Shown here piece by piece: positions 20,073-30,681 of a stretch of 64,000 bases of DNA. Every line of letters starts with the position of its first letter. The first letter of the stretch is position 1. Origin of the DNA: an uncultured delta proteobacterium (GTDB lineage: Bacteria; Desulfobacterota; Zymogenia; Zymogenales; Zymogenaceae); contig CAVTLK010000005.1 of assembly GCA_963735595.1 (NCBI GenBank), positions 512,001 to 576,000 of the forward strand, read 5' to 3'. The position numbers were made by a program, and so were the translations under genes. Under the pieces are notes generated by a model. It did not search any database. It was not told the origin of the DNA and was given only the letters and a program-made list of their open reading frames with translations.

Positions 20073-21707
20073 ATGAAAAAGCTGCTCGGCGCCGATATAT
20101 TGATCCAGGCCCTCCTGTCCGAGGGGGTCACGGTCGCCTTCGGGTATCCCGGCGGGGCGATTCTGCCCCTTTACGACCGGCTGTGCGACAGTCCCATCCG
20201 GCATATCCTGGTGAGGCACGAGCAGGGGGCGGCCCACATGGCCGACGGCTACGCCCGGGCCTCGGGGGGCGTCGGCGTGGCGATCGCTACCAGCGGCCCC
20301 GGCTCCACCAACCTCGTCACGGGGCTCGCCACCGCCTATCTCGACTCTTCGCCTGTCGTGGCGATCACCGGCCAGGTAGAGCGCCGCTTCATCGGGACGG
20401 ACGCCTTCCAGGAGGTGGACATCGTCGGGATCACCATCCCCATCACCAAGCACAACGAGCACATCATGTCGGCCGGCGATATCTTCGGCGCGGTCAAGCG
20501 CGCCTTTTATCTTGCCCGAAACGGCCGGCCCGGCCCGGTGCTCCTCGATATCCCCAAGGACGTGCTGGAGGAAGAATCACCCTTCGACCCGCGCCAGGAG
20601 GTGGCCATCGAGGGCTTCAACCCGATCCTCGAGGGGCACGGGGGCCAGATCAAGCGGGCGGCAAAGCTGCTGGCCCAGGCCAAATCCCCGGTCATCGTGG
20701 CCGGCGGCGGGGTGATCCGGTCGCGGGCGACCGACGAGCTGCTCAGGCTCTCGCGTCTTCTGGGGGCGCCGATCCTCACGACGCTCATGGGTAAATCGGC
20801 CGTGCCGCAGGACTTCGAATACTACCTCGGCATGATCGGGATGCACGGCAGCCGCACGGCGGTCCAGACCCTTCAGGGCGCCGACGTCATCGCGGCGGTG
20901 GGGGCGCGTTTCGGCGATCGGGCGGTGTTGTCCTATAAGAAATTCGAGAAGCTTGCCCGCTTCATCCAGATAGATATCGACCCGGCCGAGATCGAAAAGA
21001 CCGTCGAGGTGGATATCCCCATCGTCGGGGACGCCAGGAAGGTCCTGCACGAGATAAACAACCGGCTGGAAAAGGAAGAGGGAACGATAGCCGTGCGGGA
21101 GGCGCCCGAGGCGCGGTTGGAGCGATATGACGGGTCGGGGCCGCTTTCCACCCCCGCGGTGGTGCAGGCGCTGTCGGACCGGGGCGAGGACTCTATCATC
21201 GTCACGGACGTGGGGCGCCACCAGATATGGGCCGCAAAGTACTATAACAGCCCGCGGCTCCCCCTCGGCCTCTTCATAACCTCGGGGGGATTGGGGACGA
21301 TGGGCTTCGGGCTGCCCGCCGCCCTCGGTGCAAAGATTGCACACCCCGACAAAAAGGTCGTCCTGATCACGGGTGACGGGAGCTTTCTCATGAACATCCA
21401 GGAGCTTGCCACATCGAGTCACCACGCCATCCCGGTCGTGGCCGTCGTGATGAACGACCGTCACCTCGGCATGATCCGCCAGCTCCAGGACACCTTCTAC
21501 AAGGCCAAACACGTCGAGTGCACCTTCCCGCCCGACGTGGACTACGTCGGCCTGGCGCGGGCCATGGGGCTTGACGGGACGAGGGTTACCGATATCGGAC
21601 AGGTTGGAGAGGCCGTAGAGAAGGGGCTTTCCTCCGACCGGACCTTTGTCGTGGAGTGCATCATCGAGTCCCAGGAAAATATCCCGTACCAGTCGTACGA
21701 CGAGTGA
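20073..21707 (+). CDS. ilvB: Acetolactate synthase large subunit
   Basis: FGYPGGAILP, RHEQGAAHMADGYAR, TDAFQE, SGGLGTMGFG and GDGSF.MN motifs. Confidence 0.95.
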   Translation: MKKLLGADILIQALLSEGVTVAFGYPGGAILPLYDRLCDSPIRHILVRHEQGAAHMADGYARASGGVGVAIATSGPGSTNLVTGLATAYLDSSPVVAITGQVERRFIGTDAFQEVDIVGITIPITKHNEHIMSAGDIFGAVKRAFYLARNGRPGPVLLDIPKDVLEEESPFDPRQEVAIEGFNPILEGHGGQIKRAAKLLAQAKSPVIVAGGGVIRSRATDELLRLSRLLGAPILTTLMGKSAVPQDFEYYLGMIGMHGSRTAVQTLQGADVIAAVGARFGDRAVLSYKKFEKLARFIQIDIDPAEIEKTVEVDIPIVGDARKVLHEINNRLEKEEGTIAVREAPEARLERYDGSGPLSTPAVVQALSDRGEDSIIVTDVGRHQIWAAKYYNSPRLPLGLFITSGGLGTMGFGLPAALGAKIAHPDKKVVLITGDGSFLMNIQELATSSHHAIPVVAVVMNDRHLGMIRQLQDTFYKAKHVECTFPPDVDYVGLARAMGLDGTRVTDIGQVGEAVEKGLSSDRTFVVECIIESQENIPYQSYDE

Positions 21708-21725
21708 TGATAGAGGAGCCTGACC

Positions 21726-22244
21726 ATGCAAAAGATCATCTCTATTCTCGTGGAGGATAGGCCCGGCGTCCTCATGCGGATTGCCGGCCTCTTCTACCGA
21801 CGGGGCTTTAATATAGACGCCCTGTCGGTGGGCAGCACCGAGATACCCGGCAAGAGCCGCTTTACCATCACGGTAAACGGCGACGAGGGCGTCCTCGAGC
21901 AGGTCAGGAAACAGGTGCAGAAGCTGCTCAACGTCCACCGCACCGCCGAGCACGACAGCAAGAACTCGCAGCTCAGGGAATACGCGCTGATCAAGATAAA
22001 CTTCACCGAAAACACCAAGACCGAGATCATACACCTGGTCGATTTCTTTCGGGGCCGGGTTATCGACATCTTCGACGGGGCGGCCATCATCGAGATCGCC
22101 GAGGAGGAACCCCGCGTCGACGCCTTCATAGAGCGGCTCATCCCGTATGGGATTATCGAGTCGGTGAGGACCGGGAAGGTATCCATGTACCGCGGCAAGA
22201 AGTCGCTGTCGGCCCCCACGAAGGTGATCAAGCTGGCGGGGTAA
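21726..22244 (+). CDS. ilvN: Acetolactate synthase regulatory subunit 1
   Basis: ACT domain DRPGVLMRIAGLFYRRGFNI; C-terminal GIIESVRTG. Confidence 0.92.
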   Translation: MQKIISILVEDRPGVLMRIAGLFYRRGFNIDALSVGSTEIPGKSRFTITVNGDEGVLEQVRKQVQKLLNVHRTAEHDSKNSQLREYALIKINFTENTKTEIIHLVDFFRGRVIDIFDGAAIIEIAEEEPRVDAFIERLIPYGIIESVRTGKVSMYRGKKSLSAPTKVIKLAG

Positions 22245-22297
22245 CGATCGGGCCTTCTATGCCCCCGGCAAGAGGCACGGGGGTTAAGGAAAAAGCA

Positions 22298-22849
22298 ATG
22301 GACAAAAAATTAGACCGGATCCTTCGGATCTACCCGAAAGAAGACGAAAAGGAATATACGCTCTACATCCTTTGCGAGAACAAGCCCGGCGTGACGGCCA
22401 ACGTCAGCAACGTTATCTCCCGGCGCGGCTTCAACATCACGTCGTTTATCGGCGCCGGCACCATGACCGACGACGTCTACAAGATCATCATCAAGCTCTA
22501 CGCCACCCCCACGGGCCTGAAAGGGATCGTCAAACAGCTCGCCAAGCTCATCAATATCATCGAGGTCAAGAACTCCATGTCCGATGAGTTCGTCGAATAC
22601 GAAATGGTCCTGGTGAAACTGACCTACAGCCCCGAAAACCACGGCGATATCTTCCAGGTCGTCAACCACTACTACGGCGAGATCGTGGACCTCACCGACG
22701 ATAAGCTGACCGTGGCCTTTACCGGGACGCCCGCCAAGCTCGACACGATCCTGGCGCTCATCAGGCATTTCGGAATCCGGGATATCGTCAAGTCGGGAAT
22801 CGCCGTCATGAGAAAGCACGAGGAAAACGGTAATATCGGCCCGGCATAG
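22298..22849 (+). CDS. ilvN: Acetolactate synthase regulatory subunit 2 (divergent paralogue)
   Basis: ENKPGV..V..ISRRGFNI, KQLAKLINI, E..LVK and FGI..IVKSG motifs. Confidence 0.85.
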   Translation: MDKKLDRILRIYPKEDEKEYTLYILCENKPGVTANVSNVISRRGFNITSFIGAGTMTDDVYKIIIKLYATPTGLKGIVKQLAKLINIIEVKNSMSDEFVEYEMVLVKLTYSPENHGDIFQVVNHYYGEIVDLTDDKLTVAFTGTPAKLDTILALIRHFGIRDIVKSGIAVMRKHEENGNIGPA

Positions 22850-22915
22850 CGCCGGGACGATCCTGTTGGCTGAAACGCCAACCGCGGAAATTGCCCGCTG
22901 AGATACTGACTGCAT

Positions 22916-23749
22916 ATGCAACAAGAAATCCTGATACCCATTCTTATCACCGTGGCAGCCGGGCTATCTACCGGAGTCGGGAGCGTCGCCGCCCTTTTCG
23001 TCAAGCAGTTCAAACACACCTACCTTTCGGTAATGCTCGGCTTTTCGGCAGGGGTCATGCTCTACGTGGCGTTCGTGGATCTCCTGGGAAAGTCGATTAC
23101 AGAGATTGGGCTGGTGACCAGCAACCTCTGTTTTTTTGGCGGAATCCTTGCCATCGCGGTCATCGAACGATTTATTCCACACGCGTACCTGGGTGAAGAG
23201 GATGCGGCGTTCCCGGCCGACGCGCCGGCCGAAAAGATACGGCTTCACCATCACCACGGCGGCCGCCGCTTTCGCGGGGGTAAAACCGCCGATCAGAGGC
23301 GGCTCATGAACGCCGGCCTCATGACGGCCGCCGGGATAGCCATCCATAATTTCCCGGAGGGGATGGCCGTCCTCTTTACCTCGATGCACGACCTGACGAT
23401 CGGGGGATCGCTGGCCGTGGCGATCGCCCTGCACAACATACCGGAGGGGATCGCCGTTGCGATGCCGGTCTATTACGCCACCGGGGACCGGAAGAAGGCC
23501 TTCCTCTATTCGTTTTTTTCGGGCGTGACGGAGCCGATCGGGGCGGTTTTCGGGTATCTTCTCATCGGACCTTTTCTCACCGAACCGGTGCTGATGGGCA
23601 CGCTTTCGGCGGTCGGGGGGATCATGGTCTTTATCTCGTTTGACGAGCTGCTTCCGGTTTCGTTTTCACACGGCGAGGAGCACCTCGCGATAATGGGCCT
23701 CCTGATCGGGATGGCGGTGATGGCGCTGTCGCTGTCAATTCTGATATAA
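22916..23749 (+). CDS. zupT: ZIP-family metal transporter
   Basis: GFSAGVMLY, IAIHNFPEG, IALHNIPEG and DELLP motifs; His-rich loop. Confidence 0.95.
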   Translation: MQQEILIPILITVAAGLSTGVGSVAALFVKQFKHTYLSVMLGFSAGVMLYVAFVDLLGKSITEIGLVTSNLCFFGGILAIAVIERFIPHAYLGEEDAAFPADAPAEKIRLHHHHGGRRFRGGKTADQRRLMNAGLMTAAGIAIHNFPEGMAVLFTSMHDLTIGGSLAVAIALHNIPEGIAVAMPVYYATGDRKKAFLYSFFSGVTEPIGAVFGYLLIGPFLTEPVLMGTLSAVGGIMVFISFDELLPVSFSHGEEHLAIMGLLIGMAVMALSLSILI

Positions 23750-23770
23750 GACGCGGGCGGGGTAATTACT

Positions 23771-24544
23771 ATGATATGGACAACGTATCGCCGGCACGTA
23801 CCGGCGCTGGTGATCATGATCATTGCGGCCGGATTGTGGCTCGGGCTTCTGCCCTTTCTGCCCGATCCGTTGACCGTTTATTGCTCGTTCTCAGACAATC
23901 CCGTCTTTGCCACGGAACCGATAACTCCGCTCATCGCGATGTGCGGATTCATGCTGATGTCCCACATTGTCATCGTGTTTATCGACCTATTCTTTATTGC
24001 CCCCGCGGTCCCAGGGTATATCATGGCCTTGGTCGACTGGATCGTGGAGGGATTCACGGCGGTCTTCTATCTTTCTATTCTGGGCGCCGCCGCCGATATC
24101 CTGCCGTGTATCATCGGCCTGGTCGGCGGATACCTCGCGATGCTCGTCGTCCTAGGAGTACTGTATCGAAGGTCAAAGGAATCTGTCGAGGAGGCGGCCA
24201 CACCCCTGTTCAGCTCTCCGTATTTCGAGAGGGTGGCGCCGTCTTTCATGACACGGGTATTCTTTTTCCTTCGGCCAATGTTCCCCCTTTATATCATTAT
24301 TGTACCGGGTGGGATCAGAATCATCGGGGTTCTCTACGACATCACCTATCCCTGGGAACGGATCGCCGAGTTGAAAGAGGGCGCTTTTTTTACGTTCTTC
24401 TCCAACCGGCCCATCAAACTGAACCAGACGTTGAGCAATACCGTGGAGATCCGCCTGAAGGAGCGGAGGAGCTATCCGTTGATATCGGTCGCGGACCGGG
24501 ACCGGTTCCTGAAAACGGCGGCGAATCTGATGGCGGGAAGGTAG
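23771..24544 (+). CDS. Hypothetical multi-pass membrane protein
   Basis: Four to five hydrophobic segments plus a soluble C-terminal domain; follows zupT closely. Confidence 0.7.
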   Translation: MIWTTYRRHVPALVIMIIAAGLWLGLLPFLPDPLTVYCSFSDNPVFATEPITPLIAMCGFMLMSHIVIVFIDLFFIAPAVPGYIMALVDWIVEGFTAVFYLSILGAAADILPCIIGLVGGYLAMLVVLGVLYRRSKESVEEAATPLFSSPYFERVAPSFMTRVFFFLRPMFPLYIIIVPGGIRIIGVLYDITYPWERIAELKEGAFFTFFSNRPIKLNQTLSNTVEIRLKERRSYPLISVADRDRFLKTAANLMAGR

Positions 24545-24725
24545 GGCATGCCCGTATCCGCGGCCACAATCCGGCGTAGTTACCCGTTTACCGGACGCCG
24601 GTAACGGCCCGCATAAAGTGGGCAAACTGTGACCTGGATTACGCCCCGTTTGATGCAGATATGCTATTTTGTTGCAAAAGGTATATTTCACAATGATTAG
24701 ATCGTATAGTATGGAGGTAGTGAGG

Positions 24726-25235
24726 ATGAAAAGAAGCGTCCCTGTGTTCTCGTCACTATTTGCCGTTACCCTGTTTTGCCTGATCATCGTCGGCGGAATT
24801 AATACGGCACTGGCTGCCGACGACCTGACTACGGCGTCGGTAAGCGGAAAGTACAGCACCCTGTTGATGACCCTCTACGTGCCCCAGGATCAGGGCTCGT
24901 ACGGTAACTTCAACGACTACGGGTTCTATAGCAGTACATCGTACGCCGGATATACTGGTATTCCGGCGGGCTATTGGGTTTACGTATACCCGAACTGGTA
25001 TGTCTGGAAGAACGTTTCGGCGGGCGGTGGAACAAACCTCGCGAAGGCCTCCGTCAACGGGAAATACTACAACCTGCTTAAAACGATCAACGTCCCCCAG
25101 GATAAGGGCTCTTACGGCGATTTTGACGATTATGGGTATTATTCGAGCACATCGTACGCAGGATATGATAATATCCCGGCCGGCTACTGGGTCTATGTCT
25201 ACCCCGACTGGTACATCTGGGGAAACCAGCGATAG
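24726..25235 (+). CDS. Secreted protein made of two tandem 58-aa aromatic-rich repeats
   Basis: GGAGGT ribosome-binding site; signal peptide ending ALA; repeats at 24834-25007 and 25047-25220, 44 of 58 aa identical. Confidence 0.88.
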   Translation: MKRSVPVFSSLFAVTLFCLIIVGGINTALAADDLTTASVSGKYSTLLMTLYVPQDQGSYGNFNDYGFYSSTSYAGYTGIPAGYWVYVYPNWYVWKNVSAGGGTNLAKASVNGKYYNLLKTINVPQDKGSYGDFDDYGYYSSTSYAGYDNIPAGYWVYVYPDWYIWGNQR

Positions 25236-25267
25236 CTGCGTGGGGTAAAAGCCCGCTCAGAGAGCAG

Positions 25268-25303
25268 AAAACCCCCTTCCTTTATGGAAGGGGGTTTTAT
25301 TTT
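25268..25303 (+). terminator. Intrinsic terminator
   Basis: AAAACCCCCTTCC-tttat-GGAAGGGGGTTTT hairpin followed by T-rich sequence. Confidence 0.85.
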
Positions 25304-25518
25304 CAGTTCACGGGATCACATGCAGTACGCCCGTTCGGGCAGCCAAGTAATAAAAATACGTAATATTTTATTATTGAAAAGAGCCGTCTGAGAGTGTATA
25401 ATCCAACGCCAAAAAGCACCGGTGAGACAGATACCGGGCGACGAACCTGAGCGCCGAATCGTTGGGCAGCATTGCGGACTATCATCTGTTTATTCGGAGC
25501 ATCGACGGATTTACGTAT

Positions 25519-28206
25519 ATGACATCAGGAAAAGTACGGACGCGCCTTTTGATTGTCGAAGACAATCCCGTTGAAACACAGCGCATTAGTCAGATGCTTT
25601 CCGAGGCGGCGGGCCGGGAGTTCGCTGTGGACGCCGTTGCCGGCCTCGCCAAAGGGTTGGGCATCCTCGACCGGGAGAGTTTCGACGCCGTCCTCCTTGA
25701 CACCGATCTATCCGTCGGCTCAGGTACGGATACGCTCAGAGAGATCCTCGTCCGCCACCCGCATGTCCCGGTTATCGTTATTTCCGACGCCGAAGACGAG
25801 GGGACAGCTGCCCGGGTAATCCGAGAGGGCGCCCGGGATTATCTGATCAGGGGACGGATAGACGGCGCTACGGTCGCAGAAGCGGCCCGCCGTGCGATCG
25901 GGAGAAGGCCCGATCGTGATCGAGACGAAACCATCCATCGGGAGATAGACACGGGAATCGAAGAGCAAATGGCCCGGTTGGAGCACATAACCGAGGAACT
26001 GACCGAGCGCAATGAATTTAATTTCGCGTTGTTTGAGCACAATCCTATAGAAACCATCGTCGTCGACCTCGAGGGGAAGATTGTCAACTTCAACCGGGCC
26101 AAAAGGCTGACGGAGGGAAGGGTACCGAAGGTCGGGGAGTTGATGTATCGTGACTTTGCGGGCGGCCACCAAAACGACATGTGGCAGGAGATGATGGACG
26201 CCATCGTCGGCGGAACGGTCAAGCACTTCCCCGCGCAGAAGTACGATGACCGCTACCTCGCGATAACCATCTCGCCCTTTTCTCGGGGCGCTATCATCAC
26301 GTCCCAGGACATTACGGCCCAGAGAGAGGCCCAGGAGGCCCTCAGGGAATCCGAAGAGAAATACCGCCTGGTCGTGGAAAACGCCGTAGACGGGGTCGCG
26401 ATCGTCCGGGACGGCCTGATCAGCTATCTCAACCCGGCCGCCTGCTCGATCATGGGCTATCCGAAGGGGGAGCTGATAGGCAGGGGATTCCTCGAATGCG
26501 TTATCCCCGAAGAACGAGACGAGGCAGCGTGGGAGTACGAGCGCAAGCTCTCCGGAGATCAGCTCAGGTACCCCACAACGCTCAGGTTCGTCGGCAAGGA
26601 CGGATCACTCCGATGGGCCGAGATCAGCGCCGTGGCGGCATCCTGGGAGGGGAAGCAGGTCCTGCTCTCCTTCATACAGGACGTCACCGACCGGAAGAAA
26701 ACCGAGGAGGTGCTCAGGCAGTTCGAGGAAAAATGGCGGAATTTTATCGAAACCTCCCGGGATATTATTTTTTTGACGACGACCGAGGGCAAGATCGTCG
26801 ATATAAATCCGGCGGGACTGGAGCTTTCCGGGTATACGCGGGAGGAATTCATCGGGAAGAACATAGCCGAGAGCTACGCGAATCCCCGGGATTGGGAGCC
26901 CTTCATCGGATCGATAGTAGAAAAGGGGTTCGTAAAGGATTTCGCGCTGGACCTGCTACGGAAAGACGGGTCGGTCGCCCATTGCCTTGTCACGGCTTCC
27001 CAGCGCAAAGATAAGGGCGGCAACGTCATCGGGTTCCACGGGATCATCAAGGATATAACCGAGAAAAAGAACCTGGAACAGCAGCTCATCCAGTCCCAGA
27101 AGATGGAGGCCATCGTAGCCCTGGCGGGAGGTATAGCCCATACCTTCAACAATATTCTCGTCGGGATCATGGGATACTCCGAGTACCTTTTGAGTAAGAA
27201 GGATGTGGGTGATCCCGACTATAAGGCGCTCAAGACCATTAACGAGGGAACCATCAAGGCGTCCACTCTCGTCGGGCAGCTCCTGGACGCGGCGCGGGTC
27301 GGGCAGTATCACCCCGGCAGGGTAAACCTGAACGACGTCGTAACCGGTACTCTCCCGCTCGTCGAGGGCACCTTTGAAAAGGCGATCGAGGTCACGACAA
27401 ATCTGGGCGGCGACCTGCTGATTATCGAGGGCGACGCCGGCCAGCTGGAGCAGAGCGTGCTCAATCTCTGCATCAACGCCAGAGACGCGATGCCGTCCGG
27501 GGGCAGGCTCGTCATTGAGACCACGAACAGGCGGGTGGATAAAGATTTCGCGGATACGCATCTCGGGCTCCGCGAGGGGGACTACGTTGTGCTGTCTGTC
27601 TCCGACACCGGCGTCGGAATGACCCCGAATGTCAAGGAACGGATATTCGAGCCGTTTTTCACCACGAAGGAAGGGGTCGGCGTAACGGGGATGGGGCTTT
27701 CAACGGTGTACGGGATCATGAAAACCCACGGGGGCAAGATAACCGTATACAGCGAGCCCGGCAAGGGGACGACGTTCCGGCTCTACTTCCCGGCCCTGAT
27801 GGATCAATCGACCGATTCCGCCGATCAAAACGGAGAGCGTGGAGGCAAGATCCTCATCATCGACGATGATCCCGGTATCAGGGAAGTCTGGAGCCGTTTC
27901 CTGTTTAGCCACGGTTTTACGGTTCTTGACGCCAAGGACGGCCGGGCGGGAATCGAGCTCTTCCGCGCGCGGCGCGACGAGATAGACCTCGTTATCGTCG
28001 ACCTGGTCATGCCGGGTATGGGCGGTAAGGAAACCATCCCGAGGCTCAGGGAGATAAAGCCGGATATAAAGGTACTGGGCTGTTCGGGATACAGCGCCAA
28101 CGGCCAGGCGCGGGAGATGGTTTCGCTGTCCCCGGACGGCTTTATACAGAAGCCGCCGGAGCTTTCCGAGCTCCTGGAAACGGTCAAAAAGATCCTGGAC
28201 AAATAA
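25519..28206 (+). CDS. Hybrid sensor kinase (REC-PAS-PAS-PAS-HisKA-HATPase-REC)
   Basis: QSQKMEA...LAGGIAHTFNN, NLCINARDAMP, DTGVGM and FEPFFTTK motifs; receiver domains at both ends. Confidence 0.95.
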   Translation: MTSGKVRTRLLIVEDNPVETQRISQMLSEAAGREFAVDAVAGLAKGLGILDRESFDAVLLDTDLSVGSGTDTLREILVRHPHVPVIVISDAEDEGTAARVIREGARDYLIRGRIDGATVAEAARRAIGRRPDRDRDETIHREIDTGIEEQMARLEHITEELTERNEFNFALFEHNPIETIVVDLEGKIVNFNRAKRLTEGRVPKVGELMYRDFAGGHQNDMWQEMMDAIVGGTVKHFPAQKYDDRYLAITISPFSRGAIITSQDITAQREAQEALRESEEKYRLVVENAVDGVAIVRDGLISYLNPAACSIMGYPKGELIGRGFLECVIPEERDEAAWEYERKLSGDQLRYPTTLRFVGKDGSLRWAEISAVAASWEGKQVLLSFIQDVTDRKKTEEVLRQFEEKWRNFIETSRDIIFLTTTEGKIVDINPAGLELSGYTREEFIGKNIAESYANPRDWEPFIGSIVEKGFVKDFALDLLRKDGSVAHCLVTASQRKDKGGNVIGFHGIIKDITEKKNLEQQLIQSQKMEAIVALAGGIAHTFNNILVGIMGYSEYLLSKKDVGDPDYKALKTINEGTIKASTLVGQLLDAARVGQYHPGRVNLNDVVTGTLPLVEGTFEKAIEVTTNLGGDLLIIEGDAGQLEQSVLNLCINARDAMPSGGRLVIETTNRRVDKDFADTHLGLREGDYVVLSVSDTGVGMTPNVKERIFEPFFTTKEGVGVTGMGLSTVYGIMKTHGGKITVYSEPGKGTTFRLYFPALMDQSTDSADQNGERGGKILIIDDDPGIREVWSRFLFSHGFTVLDAKDGRAGIELFRARRDEIDLVIVDLVMPGMGGKETIPRLREIKPDIKVLGCSGYSANGQAREMVSLSPDGFIQKPPELSELLETVKKILDK

Positions 28207-28231
28207 AAAGGGGGCCGAGGCCCCCTTTTTT
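28205..28231. terminator. Bidirectional intrinsic terminator
   Basis: AAAAAGGGGGCC-ga-GGCCCCCTTTTT between convergent genes. Confidence 0.88.
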
Positions 28232-28250
28232 GTTTCTATCACGATCGATC

Positions 28251-30213
28251 CTACAGCTTCAGTTCCCCCAGCCCCAGCTCTTTGATCTTATCCTTCGTCG
28301 GGCCGCCGGTGGTCCGGTCCCAGCCCATCATCTCGAAGAAGCCCTTCTCGAGCCCCGGCATATCGAGGGTCAGTCCCTTGTGGGGGCCGGCCGTCATCGG
28401 GGGGCTGCCCCATCCGCGGCCGTGCATGGCGGCGTCCTTGGCCTTGAGCCCCTCGCGGACGTTGAAGGCCTTACGCAGCGACAGCAGCCGCTCTCCGATG
28501 ACCCAGTAGTCGTCGGGCCCGAGCTTCCAGCCGGTCGAGGCGTTGATGTATTCGATGATCGGAAGCGGGCTCGTCAACGGGCCGAACTCGCACATCCCGC
28601 AGCCGTTCATGATCTGCATATAGACCGTTGTCGCTTTGTAGAGGGCAACGTCCTTCATCTGGCCCTTGGCTGCCTTGATCTCTTTCTTGGCCCGGGGGAA
28701 GATCTTCTTAACCCCCCAAAGGTTGCCGTACAGGAGGCTGGCGATGGTATGGCGGCCGGGGGTCGGCTCGCACTGGTAGGCGAGCGCAAAGCCCTTGTCG
28801 AGCTTGGGATCGTGCATGGGAAGCTCCTGGCCTCCCGCGTGCACGGCGTATTTATCCGGCGCCCTTGCCGATCTCCTCGGCGGCCTTACGGGAGCCGTCG
28901 GCCAGGAGGTCGCCGATTCCCTTGCGCTCGATGATCATCTCTACGAGCTTCTTGATCTCGGCGGACTTACCCCAGCCGAGCTTGAGGCCCCCGGTATCCT
29001 TTTCGGTGATGATGCCTTTCTCGAAGCATTCTATGGCAAAGGCTACCGTCCCGCCGGTAGAGATCGTATCGATGCCGGCGCGGTTGCACATCTCGTTGAT
29101 CTCGACGATGGAGTCCAGATCGTCGTGGAGGATCAGCGCGCCAAAGGCGCAGAGGGTCTCGTACTCGGGCTTGTGCCCCTCGGTCCCCTTGTATTTTCCG
29201 GTCTTGATGTCGAAGATCCCGCCGCAGCCCAGCGGGCAGGACTGGCAGTGATATTTCTTCTTCTCGTTCCTGACGAGCTCCTTATCCGAGAGCTTGTAGC
29301 TCATCGTGTCGACCGGGAACTCTTTGTAGCCCACGCCGTCCCAGTTCTTGACCGGGCTGTCGCCCACTTCCGCCGAGTAGCCCGTCAGGCCGCCGGTGCC
29401 GTACTGCTTCATGAGGAGCCGGACGGTGGAGGGCTGGGTCGGGATGGAGACGCCGGTGCGCCCGATGATCTTGCTGATGAAGTTGAGCAGCATGACGGAT
29501 ATCTTGTCGGGCGGGCCGATCTTCTTGAACTTGTTCATGAACTTCTTATTGAGGTCTTTCATCTTCTCCGGGTCGGCAACCGTAACCTTGCCCTTGCCGC
29601 GGACGGAAAACGCCTTGAGCTTCTTGGAGCCCATGACGGCGCCCAGGCCCGAGCGGGCGGCGATCCGGCCGCTGTCGGTAACGACCCCGGAGATGAGGGA
29701 GATCTTTTCCCCGGACTGCCCGATGCTGGCAACCTGGATGTTCTTGTCCTTGAGGTCGGCCTTGATGATCTCTTCCGTCTCGACGGTGTCTTTACCCCAT
29801 AGCTTTTTGGCGTCCTTGAACTCGATCTTCTCGTCGGCGATATGCACCCAGACGGGTTCCTTGGCCGCCCCGGTGAAAAAGACCGCGTCGTACCCGGCCT
29901 TTTTGAGCTCGTTGGAGAAAAAGCCGCCCGAGTTTGCGTCGCCCCAGCCGCCGGTCAGCGGCGACTTGCCGACGACCATGTAGCGTCCGGAAAACATGGC
30001 GCCCGTCCCGGTCAAGAGCCCCGTGCAGAAGCCGAGGTAGCTCTCGGCGGAGAGGGGATTGATACCCGGTTTCTGCCGTTCGGTGATGACCGCGGCGCCC
30101 AGCCCATAGCCCGAGAGATACTTCTTGTAGAATTCCTCTTTCGGCTTGATAACGTCGAAGCTTTTCTTTCCCAGATCAATGATCAGGTATTTTCCCGTGA
30201 ATCCGCCCGGCAT
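28251..30213 (-). CDS. Aldehyde:ferredoxin oxidoreductase family protein, frameshifted near 28857
   Basis: KSPLTGGWGDANSGG, GAVMGSKKLKA, CQSCPLGC and PEYET motifs. Removing one G from GCCGGATAAA gives GKGADKYAVHAGGQELPMHDP and joins the two ORFs. Confidence 0.92.
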
Positions 30214-30331
30214 ACTGGCCTCCGTTATTGTATGGTGAGTTTCAATTACCTATTATATACGTGCGGTGGGGGAAAGCAATATCTTTTTATAGTGCAAGCC
30301 CGCGTATCGGCCGATCGGCGGGTCTTGGGGT

Positions 30332-30367
30332 CTATACCGGGTCGATGATCTGTTTCAGGTTCTCGGG
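30332..30367 (-). repeat. Possible degenerate copy of the 3' end of the selenoprotein gene
   Basis: Reads PENLKQIIDPV* versus AEKLKKIQCPAK* at the end of 35726-37345; 20 of 30 nt match in the core. Confidence 0.4.
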
Positions 30368-30681
30368 GCGCTACCTCAATAGGCTTTCAAGGATATCTAT
30401 GTCGTTGGTGCTTTTATAGTTTTCTGATTCTTTCTCTCTTAATTGACCTCCAAGGATCATTTCCAGTTTTGAGATATAGTAGTGCTCTATTGTTACCACT
30501 CCTTCACTGGAATGGTAAGATGAACGGGTTTATATAGTTTTCGGTTCTTGCTGAGAGAAATAGTACGAGAAAAGTAACGAGAGGAACTTAATTGACTCCT
30601 CGATAATAAGTCTCGATGGGACTAACCTTCATAATGGCTCACAGTATATGCAGATAACAGAATCCCTGCATTTCAATAAAA

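Noticed and set aside
14259..22034. Long antisense or alternate-frame ORFs such as 14259-15677, 18667-19998 and 20577-22034 (also 35423-36760, 52462-53865, 56916-58370)
   Set aside because: They shadow well-supported genes in GC-rich DNA and carry no recognisable motifs.
25395..25480. Possible riboswitch ahead of the hybrid kinase
   Set aside because: Only a short CCGGT/ACCGG stem; no match to a riboswitch consensus I know.
28845..28860. Programmed frameshifting or a natural two-subunit AOR
   Set aside because: No slippery heptamer and no ribosome-binding site for the second part; removing one base restores a continuous protein.
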